Assembly (NCBI RefSeq): GCF_006345805.1
Contig: NC_043014.1
Location: 44,392,001-44,456,000, forward strand
Reading direction: 5' to 3'
DNA length: 64,000 nt
DNA from: Octopus sinensis
Taxonomy: Eukaryota
Shown here: positions 1 through 12,769 of the stretch, piece by piece
How the letters are laid out: each line of letters begins with the position of its first letter
Position numbering within the stretch: the stretch's first letter is position 1
The notes under the pieces: model-generated
The model's database searches: none
What the model saw: only the letters and a program-made list of their open reading frames with translations
What the model was told of the DNA's origin: nothing
Program-made: the position numbers and the translations under genes

Positions 1-93
1 AGTTACATTCTGCTTATCAATGTTGAATCATCAATTTCTAATGAACACTTTATATTTGTTGTGTTAACATATCCTCCTTGTTGTCTATCCCAG

Positions 94-396
94 GCGCAAA
101 GGCACAATTTCAACGGCCCACAATGTGGTCCGAAGCCTCATGAATCTCGTGAACTTAATTTCGATCCTGAAGTAATGCGTGCTGGTGAAGGAATCATTGG
201 ACTTCAGGCAGGAAGCAACAAATTTGCAACACAGAAAGGAATGGTGATGGGTGGTGTCCGCCACGTAAATGACATCAAATCTGAAGAAGTCTCAGAAAAA
301 GGCAAGTACACCATCAATCTCCAGTATGGCTTCAACCACGGAGCAAACCAAGCAGGAATGAACTTTGGAAAGAAAAGATCCATTGTAGACATATAA
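94..396 (+). CDS. Terminal coding exon of a calponin/transgelin (myophilin/MP20-like) family gene; upstream exons lie outside the window
   Basis: Acceptor ttgtctatcccag|G at 93/94. The ORF to TAA at 394-396 holds two calponin-family repeats (IGLQAGSNKFATQKGMVMGGVRHV; INLQYGFNHGANQAGMNFGKKRSI). Confidence 0.85.
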   Translation, partial: AQRHNFNGPQCGPKPHESRELNFDPEVMRAGEGIIGLQAGSNKFATQKGMVMGGVRHVNDIKSEEVSEKGKYTINLQYGFNHGANQAGMNFGKKRSIVDI

Positions 397-1610
397 TTTC
401 ACACCTGCAAAGGTGTAATTAAATTGTTTAAAAGGTTGTACTTTTCTTTGCAGCTAATAATTCCACTTCATTGCTTTACAACCTTCGATTTCAAAGCACA
501 CGGTTCTGTTATACTTCACTATCACAGCTTGCTTCTTTTTGCCTTAATTACTAATTGTAATCAGTTTCGGTAAGGTTGTTGATTCAACGACAAATGATAG
601 GACAGAAAATTATTTTCACTTCTCAAGATGTTAGTGGAGTAAAAAAAAAAAAAAAATTGGATGTTATTTCTTGAGTCCTGTAATGGACTGACATCTTACT
701 CAGAGGGAATGTTGAGATCTCAGTCACTTATATGCTATGGAAACTAGGAACCTGGTTCCGTGAGTCTTAGGACTCAAGGCAGTAATGTCCAGTGGGTCGA
801 TGACGATGATGATGATGTTATTTCTTGGAATATCACACAAGTAATTTCAAGGACCCAAATTCAAAAATGCTGCAGTTTTAATAACAGCATTAATTACGAA
901 TCCAGTAAAGTGATCCAAGTTTGATGTTTATCAGTGCAGTATATAAATATAATCAAAGCAGATAATGTAATTATCTTAATTAATCATAACCACAAACAAA
1001 GATCATATCCTTAAATGAAGCTTAAATATATTATTATTATTTTCATGATGAGGAAAAGTCCAGTTTGATGAGTAAAGAAGAACTGAGTAAAATAACAGGA
1101 TGGTCTAAGAGCTTTATGCTTAATCCAGAACAGAAAAGGATTTGAACTAAGAGAGTGTACCCCAAAAACTTTATATGAGTTAAGACATCTAACTGAGAAA
1201 TCTACCAAAGGTACTACAATGCAATCATATCTGTATTTAAATACAGCAGATGTTCTTTTTCAAAGTATTCCAGAATCTTGTTTGGAAGATGTATTTCATA
1301 TAAGTTATCATCTGGACTCAAACTTGCTAACTTAGCAATAACAAATAATGAAGCTTGCAAATGATCCCCCAAAAAAGAACAAGATTATGCAAACCTCACT
1401 GTGGAATATAGAAAAAAAAGGAAGTCCTTCAAGCTGTTTCGACACAAACACAACAGTACTGCACCCTTAGTTCAACATCTAGTCAACATCAAAAGCTGAT
1501 ATGTTTAAACATTTCAAATAATATTCCAAAACCGATATTCATTGAGCTGTATTGTATTAGTATACAGAATTTTCAATGGTAGAATTGGTACAACATCAAG
1601 CAAAACACTT

Positions 1611-1653
<43 letters not shown>

Positions 1654-1805
1654 ATTTATATTAAGGGGCATTTATGTATAGTTACGCCCTTAATATAAAT
1701 AAATATATTTAAAGGGAATAATCAATAAATTTTTCCCTTATGTGGTTTTTCACACTAACTACTTGATAAATCTTATAAAGATTTTATCCTATTTTAAAAT
1801 TATAT

Positions 1806-1837
<32 letters not shown>

Positions 1838-1839
<2 letters not shown>

Positions 1840-2121
1840 TATATAATTAGGGCTTAGTAAAATAAATTACTTTGCCACATACTGAACTTAGTAGAAATAG
1901 CAGCCAAGAAAATTTTTTTAGCCATTTCTACTACTTAAAGAAAATTTCTCTCAGATAATGTTTACTCCAGACAGCTCACGTGAGCTGTCTGGAGTAAACA
2001 TTATCTGAGAGAAATTTTCTTTAAGTAGTAGAAATGGCTAAAAAAATTTTCTTGGCTGCTATTTCTACTAAGTTCAGTATGTGGCAAAGTAATTTATTTT
2101 ACTAAGCCCTAATTATATAAT
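1838..2121. repeat. Perfect spacerless palindrome, 142-bp arms
   Basis: Centre ...agctcac|gtgagct... at 1979/1980. The arms match base for base by eye; abuts a (TA)n tract. Confidence 0.95.
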
Positions 2122-3465
2122 GTAATATTTTGAATTCGCCTTAAATGGTCCTTTTACATACTGAACACTTGGTGAAATTGATTAATTAATTTTACCCTCA
2201 ATTGTTGATATATATATATATGTAAATGTTAAACAATGAGAATGAATGCTCAACACCACACTGGTGGATAAAATTTATTTATTTGTGTATTAAGGTTACC
2301 ATTAGTTTCATGTTAAGAAAGATATCTTAATATCCTAACAATTTCTCAAGCCGATCACAAAGAGGATGGTGTTTGTCTCCATTTTGGATGAAAACACAAA
2401 ACATCTCGTGAAATGTCTTGAGAGTTCACAAAAAGTCTAGTAAGGGAAACAATAAATCAAGGGGTACTACTCTTAGATGACACTCTTTGAGGGATAATCT
2501 ATATTTCTGAGGTGTACATGCCAGACAAGTAATTTGATCTGAGACGGTGTGTTGAAACTAAAAGAAATACGGCATGGAAGGTATTTATTAGTCCTTCAGA
2601 ATCACACAAAAACTGTTAACTTCACTTAAATATTTATTATCCAGTGTCAAAATTTTCCTTGTATCAACTATGGCCTGGTAACTTCCACATATATGCTTAC
2701 GCAAGTACATATATACTCACACAAACACATACAGACGTATTGGAATATTACTCTGCTGCTAAGCACTCAACTATGAAGCTGAAATGGTAGTACCTATTTG
2801 CCATCCAGGCTGCCAAAGGTGAGCTAAATTATGTACCTTATCAAAGTCCACATTGCAATTTACATATATTGTGTCTCTTATGGGAATAACATGTTAGGAA
2901 TTTTATTTCAGAAAATTATTTATGGAGAGACATTTCAATAACGACATTCATTGATATATGTATTTCTGTAATATTAACCACTCACAGCTTACCAGCTGTT
3001 TAATTAATAAATATTTATATAACGATTCATTCCTCTTTTTGTTATTTGTTGTTGTTTTCATTGATTAGCCCGTTTTTTCCATCCTCATTTTCGTATACAT
3101 TCACTGCTTTCTTCCAAGGAATCTAATACTCTTAGCTTAGTTTTTCTTTGGGGCTGGCCAGATTGGAGCAATCTTGAGTATAACCAGTCGAAATTGCAAA
3201 GATAATCTGGAACTCGACTGAGGAAAGAAAACTCCGAATGACCCGTCCCTGTTTTCTTTGTATCATCTGTCTGGATGTTTTGCATTCTTGTCCCATTTTT
3301 CTATTTTTATTTATAAAAATATAGCGGCGTACGTACATTTTGGTCTCTTATATGTGTATGTATATATATATATATATATATGTGTAATAAAATATTAGGG
3401 AATAAATCCAAACTTACAGGGAAAAAATCAGATTTAGGATTGAATCCAATTTTATAGTAAAATAT

Positions 3466-3721
3466 TATATTATATTAAATTAGAGATAAAACCACTATTA
3501 GGCAAATCATACAATGAAAAACTTAAGCCAATACATAAGATTAATTAATTTATATTATTTTAAATATATATCAAAATTATTAAAAAAAGATAATCATCTT
3601 TTTTCAATAATTTTGATATATATTTAAAATAATATAAATTAATTAATCTTATGTATTGGCTTGAGTTTTTCATTGTATGATTTGCCTAATAGTGGTTTTA
3701 TCTCTAATTTAATATAATATA
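3466..3721. repeat. Near-perfect inverted repeat, 126-bp arms, AATC spacer
   Basis: Spacer 3592-3595, two mismatches seen, (TA)n tracts on both sides. Confidence 0.92.
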
Positions 3722-4963
3722 TATATATATATATATAATATATATATATATTATATATATATATATATATATATGTACATATTGTTTCGAACTTGTATTA
3801 ATGTGTATAGTGTAATATATCAGTTGAATAAAGTTGAAACATAGTCTGGTTTTCATGTTTATTTTATTATGGTATTTTAACAATAATATTCAATAATATT
3901 CAAAAATATTCACAGTATTCAAGTGTAATGATAACAGATGTGGAACATGTCAATATAAGCATATGCGTAGATCAATAAGAACAAAAAAATGGACAGATTT
4001 TCTCAAATGCAGATATGAATGGCAAAAGCAGAAATTTGATCTACTGCATTAAATGCCCAAAATTGCGAAGAATTAAATATAGGTGAGACTGGGAATGCAT
4101 TATCAGAATGCTCACGAGTCCACAGACAATAAATCCAGAACACCAATGTTCACCAAATTCCACTGAGTGAACATATAGAGACATGTGGTCAGAAAATGTT
4201 TCTAATTTTTCCTTTCCACAAACTACATAACACAAGTGAGATTAGAAGAAAAAAAAGGGTTTATATATATATACATATATATACATACATATATATATAC
4301 ATATATACATACATATATATATACATATATACATACATATATATATACATACATACATATATATATGCATATATGTATATACATATATGTATATATACAT
4401 ATATGTATATATACATATATGTATATATACGTATATATATATTTATATGTATATATATACATATGTATATATATATACATATATGTATATATATACATAT
4501 TTATATGTATATATATAACGATAAGTTAAATATAGAGATATTCTATTGACATTCAATAATTAATTTATATTATAATATTACATTAAATACTATGAATATA
4601 ATATATAAGATAACATAATATTATATAAATTATCATAAAAAACTGTAAAAAGCCAAGAAATTGTTTCAACTTATATATATTTTTTCCTCAGTTTGTTACT
4701 TTATATATATATGTATATATAAATATATATAACTATACACATATATATCCTTTTCTACAATAGGCACAAGGGCAAAAAATTTGTGAGTGTAGATTAGTTA
4801 ATTATATCGACGCGATTGCTCAAGTGGTATTTATTTTATCAACCCTGAAAGGATGAAAGATAAAGTCAACCTTGGTTGAATTTGAACTCAGAAAGTAAAT
4901 CTAGAAGAAAATCCACCAAGTATTTTGCCCAGCATGTTAATGACTCTGCCATTTCACCACTTT

Positions 4964-4998
<35 letters not shown>

Positions 4999-6106
4999 AA
5001 AGTATATATATAACAATTTTATTTGGGTGTTAACCCTGGAGTTTAACTTACTAAGCTCATCCATGTGCCCAGGCTATCAGACAGATAGTAATCCGGAGAT
5101 TGTGTTTTCAAACATATGCTTAAAACTAACAAACATGGCTATTATACTTTACATTGTCGAGCGATTACTGTTTACATCTCGTTCTGAGATTTAATAATGC
5201 TTACAGACAGTTTTTCAAAATCAGTGGCAGAAGTCACTAGAAAAACTCTTATATATTTGCAAACAGGCTTTTTCTTTCATCATGATCCGGTGATTACCGC
5301 CCGTTGATCAGTGGCAATAACCTCGAAACTGCGGTCTGGTGCATATCACTTAGGCTTACGAGAAAGGGATGGCCTCCCTTTGCAAATACCATAAGGGCAC
5401 AGATAGTGTGCCTAAAGCCAGCTGGAGACGATGATCTCCTGGAGCTAAAAAGCTACAGTAACACCCACCCTTAGTGGTTAGCCATATTGAGATGGCTATT
5501 ATACTTTACATTATACTTTACATCTGTTTAAAAAATTTTTTTTAATTTACAATTATAAACAAGAAGAGTGGAGTGAACAAGTCCTTTTATTATATCAATT
5601 TACAATTGTTTATCTGAATTCAATCTGATGAATATTGCTATGAATATTCATTCACAGGGTATAATTGGCACATATCAAATCCAACTCTTCAGAAAATTAT
5701 GTCTAATGTTATTTGCTGTAAACACAGAAAGTATCTTTATTATCGTGTAACATAGCAATATTCATGAGACTGAATTCAATGATAAGTTATTCACAGGAAA
5801 ATTAGATTATTTTTAAGGTACATCAGAATATAGTTATTCCAAAAGCAGCAAAAAGATGAAGCAGTCATGAAAACAGCTAAAAAAATATAGTTGATAAACC
5901 CTACATATATTTTTGTTGTTAAAATGCAGACTGGTGGCATAGATATATATATATATAAGCTATTTATTCACAGACAATAATGTTAAGATAACATCAATAA
6001 TAATATTAATGGTTTCTGATTTGTAAACAAGGCAAGCCTTTTAGAGTTGAGAGGAAGTAGCCAATGCCATCAGCCTTAGAATTTGACTGGCAATTTAATT
6101 TATTAC

Positions 6107-7390
6107 CTGGTAGCACGTAAAAAGCACCATCCGATCATGGCCATTGCCAGCCTAGCCTGGCCCCCATGCCGGTGGCATGTAAAAAGCACCTTCCGATCGT
6201 GGGCGTTTGCCAGCCTTGCCTGGCCCCCATGCCGGTGGCACGTAAAAAGCACCATCCGATTGTGGCCGTTTGCCAGCCTCGCCTGGCCCCCATGCCGGTG
6301 GCACATAAAAAGCACCATCCGATCGTGGCTGTTTGCCAGCCTCTCCTGGCCCCCCGTGCCGGTGGCACGTAAAAAGCACCATCCAATCGTGGCCGTTTGC
6401 CAGCCTCGCCTGCCGAAAAACACCATCCGATCGTGGCCATTTGCCAGCCTCGCCTGGCCCCCATGCCGGTGGCACGTAAAAAGCACCATCCGATCGTGGC
6501 CATTGCCAGCCTAGCCTGGCCCCCATGCCGGTGGCATGTAAAAAGCACCTTCCGATCGTGCGTTTGCCAGCCTGCCTGGCCCCCATGCCGTGGCACGTAA
6601 AAAGCAACCATCCGATTGTGGCCGTTTGCCAGCCTCGCCTGGCCCCCCGTGCCGGTGGCACGTAAAAAGCACCATCCGATTGTGGCCGTTTGCCAGCCTT
6701 GCCTGGCCCCCATGCCGGTGGCACATAAAAAGCACCATCCGATCGTGGCTGTTTGCCAGCCTCTCCTGGCCCCCCGTGCCGGTGGCACGTAAAAAGCACC
6801 ATCCAATCGTGGCCGTTTGCCAGCCTCGCCCGGCCCCCATGCCGGTGGCACATAAAAAGCACCATCCGATCGTGGCCATTTGCCAGCCTCGCCTGGCCCC
6901 CATGCCGGTGGCACGTAAAAAGCACCATCCGATCGTGGCTGTTTGCCAGCCTCTCCTGGCCCCCCGTGCCGGTGGCACGTAAAAAGCACCATCCAATCGT
7001 GGCCGTTTGCCAGCCTCGCCCGGCCCCCATGCCGGTGGCACATAAAAAGCACCATCCGATCGTGGCCATTTGCCAGCCTCGCCTGGCCCCCATGCCGGTG
7101 GCACGTAAAAAGCACCATCCGATCGTGGCTGTTTGCCAGCCTCGACTGGCCCCCGTGCCGGTGGCACGTAAAAAGCACCATCCAATCGTGGCCGTTTGCC
7201 AGCCTCGTCTGGCACCTGTGCAGCCACTGCACTCACGGAGTGGTTGGCATTAGGAAGGGCATCCAGTCGTAGAAACACTGCCAGATCAGACTGGAGCCTG
7301 GTGCAGCCTTCTGGCTTCCCAGAGCCCAGTTGAACCGTCCAACCCATGCTAGCATGGAAAGCGGACGCTAAACGATGATGATGATGATGA
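6107..7390 (+). repeat. RTE-tail retroposon with its internal 63-bp unit expanded to ~17 tandem copies
   Basis: Unit ggcacgtaaaaagcaccatccgatcgtggccgtttgccagcctcgcctggcccccatgccggt (6113-7215), followed by ...ggcattaggaagggcatccag...aaacgatgatgatg tail. Short copies occur at 18560-18935, 24405-24810, 28340-28540, 36305-36665, 37845-38090, 44000-44425, 48760-49090 and 50352-50885. Confidence 0.85.
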
Positions 7391-8135
7391 AGGGATGAAA
7401 AGCAAAGTTGACCCCAGTGGTATTTGAATTCAAAATGTAAAGGGATGGATGTAACAACAACAACAACAACAACAACGAGTATGATAATATCAATCCTTTC
7501 TTGTATAAGCACAAGGCCTGAAATAACATCGACCCCAGTGCGTAACTGGTACTCAATTTATCGACCCTGAAAGGATGAAAGGCAAAGTCGATTTCAGTGG
7601 AATTTTGACTCAGGATGTAAAGATGGATAAAATGCTGCTTAGCATTTTGTCTGGCGTGCTAATGAGTCTGCCAGCTCGCTACCTTAGAAATAATGATAAT
7701 TCTTCCTCATTTTCGCATAAGAGCAGCAGTTTTGAGTGGAGGGGTGTCAAGTCATTTACATTGATTGGTACTTGTTTCATTGATCCCAATTAAGTCAACC
7801 TTGGCATAATCTAAACTCAGCATATAAAGAGCCAGAAGAAATGTTGGTAAGTCCTAAACACTAACATTTTTGCCGATTGATAATAATAATAATAATAACA
7901 ATAATAATAATAATGATAATGATAATAATCCTTTCTACTAAAGGCACAAAGCCTAAAATTGGAAGTGGACTAGTCAAGTACATCGACCTCAGTATTCCAC
8001 TGGTACTTAAGTTATCAACCCCAAAAGGATGGAAGGCAAAGTCAACCTTGGCAGAATTTCAGCTCAGAACGTAAGGACAGGTGAAATGCCACAAAGCATT
8101 TTGTCTGGCTAAAAATAATAATAATAATAATAATA

Positions 8136-8166
<31 letters not shown>

Positions 8167-10029
8167 TGGGACTAATCGATTACATTGACCACAGTACTCG
8201 GTATATATTTTATTAACTCCAAAAGAGCGAAGGGTGAAGCTGACCTCAGCAGAATTTGAACTCAAGATGTTATGACGGACGAAATACTGCCAAGCATTTC
8301 ACCCAGTATGCTAACAATTCTGCCAGCTCAATGTTTTAATAATAATAATAATAATCCTTTCTACTAAAGGCACAAGCCCTGAGATTTGGGGGCAGGAGAT
8401 AGTCCGTCAATTACATTGACCCCCAGTATTCAAATGGTACCCCTATTGATCCTGGTATGTTGTTGATCCCAGATGGTTGAAAAGAAGGGGACCAGAATTC
8501 TGTGAGGGACTAGTACATCTCAATTGAATTCCATTTATATGATTAATACATAGTATATTGAACTTAAAGGGGAAAAGTCAAGACAGACAATCTTTGCGCT
8601 TTGTGCACTTACAGTATTTAATCTTGCTTTAGCACTGCAAGTCCAAAATTTCCACATGAAATGACACAAAATGGGAATTAAAACCATGTAACTACATCAA
8701 TTATCATGTATTTTGAGCCAAACAGGAAATTTTATAGGGATTACTCTCTCTTTTACTTGCTTCAGTCATTTGACTGTGGCCATGCTGGAGCACCGTCTTT
8801 AATCGAGAAACTCGACCCTGGGACTTATTCTTTTGTAAGCCCAGTACTTATTCTATCGGTCTCTTTTGCCGAACCGCTAAGTAACGGGGACCTAAACTCA
8901 CAAGCATCGGTTGTCAAGCAATGCTAGGGGGACAAACACAGACACACAAACACACACACTAATATATATATATATATGCATATATACGACGGGCTTCTTT
9001 CAGTTTCCGTCTACCAAATCCACTCACAAGGCTTTGGTTGGCCCGAGGCTATAGTAGAAGACACTTGCCCAAGGTGCCATGCAGAGGAACTGAACCCAGA
9101 ACCATGTGGTTGGTAAACAAGCTAAATACCACACAGCCACTCCTTAGGTGTGGCTGATTTAAAACCCTTTCAGTATATCGTTTTCTTTTTAAGCTCTAGG
9201 ACTCATTAAGGCCAGTTAACTGATTTCCATGACATGTAAGTGATCAAATTCATGACATTACCCCTGGATGGTACACCAGCCCAATGCAGGGCTCAAGGCC
9301 AACAGTTTTGAGGCGATGCCAGCAAGTCGACTACACAGACCCCCTAGTACTTGACTAGTACTTTATTTTATCAACCCTGAGAAGATAAGTTCAAATTTCG
9401 TCAAGTTGACCTCTGTGGGATTTGAACTTAGAACATAAAGAGTCAGAAGAAATGCCACTAAGAATTTTGACCAATGGGCTAACAATTTTGCCATTATGTA
9501 AGTAAATATGGGTTTCAAATTTTAGCACAAGGCCAGCAATTTCAGTGGATGGGAGTAAGTCTGTTACATTAACCCGTGTTCAATTGGGACTTATTTTGTT
9601 GACCCTGAAAGAATGAAAGTGAAAGTTGACCTCAATGAAATTTGAACGCAAAATGTCAAGTGGGAAGAAATGTCACTAAGTATTTTGACCAATGCGCTAC
9701 TAATTCAGCCAACCTATCACCCTTTTCAGTATACTGTCTGTACTTAATTCTTGAGCACTGACAGGATTTGAGTAGAGAAAGTAGAAAGAAGAAACTAAAT
9801 ACTCTTTTACTCTTTTATTTGTTCCAGTCATTTGACTGTGGCCATGCTGGAGCACCACCTTTAGTCAAGCAAATCGACCCCAGGACTTATTCTTTGTAAG
9901 CCTAGTACTTATTCTATCGGTCTGTTTTGCCGAACCGCTAAGTTACGGGGATGTAAACACACCGGCATCGGTTGTCAAGTGATGTTGGGGGGACAAACAC
10001 AGACACACAAACATATACACACATGCTCG

Positions 10030-10045
<16 letters not shown>

Positions 10046-10061
<16 letters not shown>

Positions 10062-10250
10062 CTTTATTTAAAAGCAGCAGAAATTTAGCAAAAGCTGTTA
10101 CTCAGAGTTTCACGTTCCCATTCGTCAGACAGTTTTGTTAATAGCTTTTGTTAAATTTCTGCTGCTTTTAAATAAAGCATATTACTCAACCTCTGGTATT
10201 TGAGTACTCTTTTTTCCCCACCTTGTTTCACATTTATGTGCTTACTCCGG
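10046..10250. mobile_element. Family A fold-back element inserted in the microsatellite of a SINE
   Basis: Minus-strand hammerhead plus inverted tail copy ending ...ttactccgg(TA)n; homologous to 61398-61659. Confidence 0.75.
10090..10136 (-). ncRNA. Type I hammerhead ribozyme motif (family A), canonical core
   Basis: Minus strand reads aaaactgt-CTGACGA-atg ggaa cgt-GAAA-CTC T GAG-TA|acagctttt. Stem I is ctgt/acag, stem II has a GNRA loop, stem III is palindromic ACTC-T-GAGT, and the cleavage triplet is GUA (10099/10098). Confidence 0.75.
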
Positions 10251-10797
10251 TATATATTTATATATATATATATATATATATATACGATGGGCTTCTTTCA
10301 GTTTCTGTCTACCAAATCCACTTACAAGGCTTTGGTTGGCCTGAGGCTATAGTAGAAGATACTTGTCCAAGGTGCCACACAGTGGGACTGAACCCAGAAC
10401 CATGTGGTTGGTAAGCAAGCTACTTACCACACAGCCACTAGTATTTGTTAATTTGGTGCTCTGCCATTCCTACCAACACATTACTTTGGTTGCCACTTGC
10501 TTCCAGTGGCAGAACCGTTAGCACACTGGGCTAAATGCTTAGCGGCATTTCATCCCTCTTTGTATTCTGAGTTCAAATTCTGGCGAGGTTAACTTTGCCT
10601 TTCTTCCTTTCAGGGTCAATAAAACAAGTACCAGTTGAACACTGGGTTCAATGTAATCGAATTACCCCCATCCCCACCCCCACCTCCCCAAACTTGCTGG
10701 CCTCGTGCCAAAATTTGGAAACCAATATTATCATTTGCATTTAAGTAAGAAATAATTATTCTAAGAAAGGTGCCTGCTGCCAGTGTAGAGATGAATA

Positions 10798-10839
<42 letters not shown>

Positions 10840-12458
10840 TAAGGTATATGTACAAAGTATGATTAGAAAGTAAGAAATTTGGAATAAAGAAAATATACTA
10901 TTTCATGGGCAATTTCAGAGACAGAGAAAGATAAAAGAGCTTAACCCTTTAGTATTTAAACCGGCCATAATATTTAATCAGTTTTATGTTCAAACTGACC
11001 AAATCCAGGCTCTCACACCTACCCTACAATGCTATTATACATCAAGTAATTACACCATCAAGATCTTGAAGATATGAGATAATGTATGATTAATTCAAAT
11101 CAATGTGAATCAATAAGCATCACGTTTGATAGAATAATCTGAACACTAAAGGGTTAATATGAATAAGTCCTGGAAATGTCTATGCAAAGGCAATTTGAAG
11201 AGGAAACAGAGAACAAGTTAGAAGCTGCCAAAGATCGAGTAAGTATTCAACAAAAGTACTTTCAGCAATATTAATAGAAATGCTGAAGATACTCAATAAC
11301 CGTATTACTATAATTTTAATGAAATACTATAATTTTAATGGAATTTTAATGAAATGCCTGTGTGGTTCAATTAATTTTGAAAACAATAACAATTTGAAGG
11401 GGTTTAGTAAAATATTTAAAATTTCTTTTATTAATCTGTTTCTTGGAATATAACAATATAAAATTACGATTAAAGATTATAAATCAAATATTATCATTTT
11501 AAAAATGTGGGACATTATGTCATAGACCTGCAGGCACTCATGGAAGGGTTAGTTTCAAAAGGGCTTAAAATAAAAGAAATAAGGGATGGTAGGGAACAAA
11601 GCATGAGAAAAAATGTGAGCTGGGCCATCACAAGAGAAAAGGTTTTAGTGATGTACTATCTAAATATACATTAAAAAAAATCCATTGTGTTGCAGTGTCT
11701 TGTAAAACTTTGAGCATTGAAAATAGAGGTTGAATCTATGAGACAGGAAGAATTAACCGAGAAGAGTTATGTAACTTGCAGTATAGTTCTACACAGTTAC
11801 ATGGTCTGTAGTTTTACTATAGAGTAAGTACATAGATACAAGAAAAAGTAGGTAAATTTCCCTTAGATTATGTCCTATCATCTTAAACAACAAAACACAT
11901 TTCAATAGATCACCATGTCTGAATTGAAAAAAAAAAAAGAAACAATTAAGACAGGATGGTCATGGCCAGAATGCTTTTGCTCATAATATGTGCTCTGTCA
12001 GGGTTAACCTGGAGTTAAACAACAAAAACATTTTAAGTGTACAACTATGTAGTATAGTCATATCATATGATATTGCTACACAGCTTTATAGAACACTGGA
12101 GGTATGCAGTTATAAAACTGGAGGTATGCAGTTATAAAATATATAATCTATAATGTCATATAGTATAAGTACAATATTATATACAGTATAGATGTACACT
12201 ACATTTTTAGTAGAGCACTGATGTATAGGTATACAGCAATAGTATACAGTACATTTATAGGTGTGTATAATACATATATATAAGTGCCCAGTAATACTGG
12301 AAGATACGTTTATAGTAATGCAATGATGTACATAGTATATTTATACAACATTAGTATAGAATACAGTACACCTATAGTTCAATGATACCGTATGATATAT
12401 TTATAGTATTAATGCATTTATAATAGAGCAGTACTGTATAGTACATAGTGAGAAAGGC

Positions 12459-12490
<32 letters not shown>

Positions 12491-12769
12491 TAAGTGAGAA
12501 AAAAAGCATTGTATCATCAAGAGATACCTTTAACTCATCATATATAAACACACTTAGTCATTCTTGTAGTATTTGTAATAATGCAACACAAAGTGATTTA
12601 TACAGCATTTACAGGAGAGAAATGGTGCATAGTACATTTATAATGTACAGCAACAGTACAATGTAGCACATTTATAGTACATTAATAGAGTATAATACAT
12701 TTACAGAACAGCAATGAGTACATTTTTATATATACAGCAATGTTGTATATTACATTTATAGAACAGCAA

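Noticed and set aside
3205-3250. CTGAGGA-aagaaaactcc-GAATGACCC-GTC as a hammerhead
   Set aside because: GAAA box and stems I and III are broken; too degenerate to call.
4196-4549. YI/YT/CV-rich ORFs (also 14596-15304, 24236-24541, 63327-63764)
   Set aside because: Artefacts of (TA)/(CA) microsatellites.
5612-5660. CTGATGA at ~5618 and minus-strand CTGAAGA at ~14535 as hammerheads
   Set aside because: No properly placed GAAAC/stem III/NUH and no stem I pairing.
6083-7512. Long ORFs (up to 365 aa) on both strands and a CRISPR-like regular array
   Set aside because: The ORFs are translations of a GC-rich 63-bp minisatellite. There are no unique spacers and no cas genes, and the context is eukaryotic.
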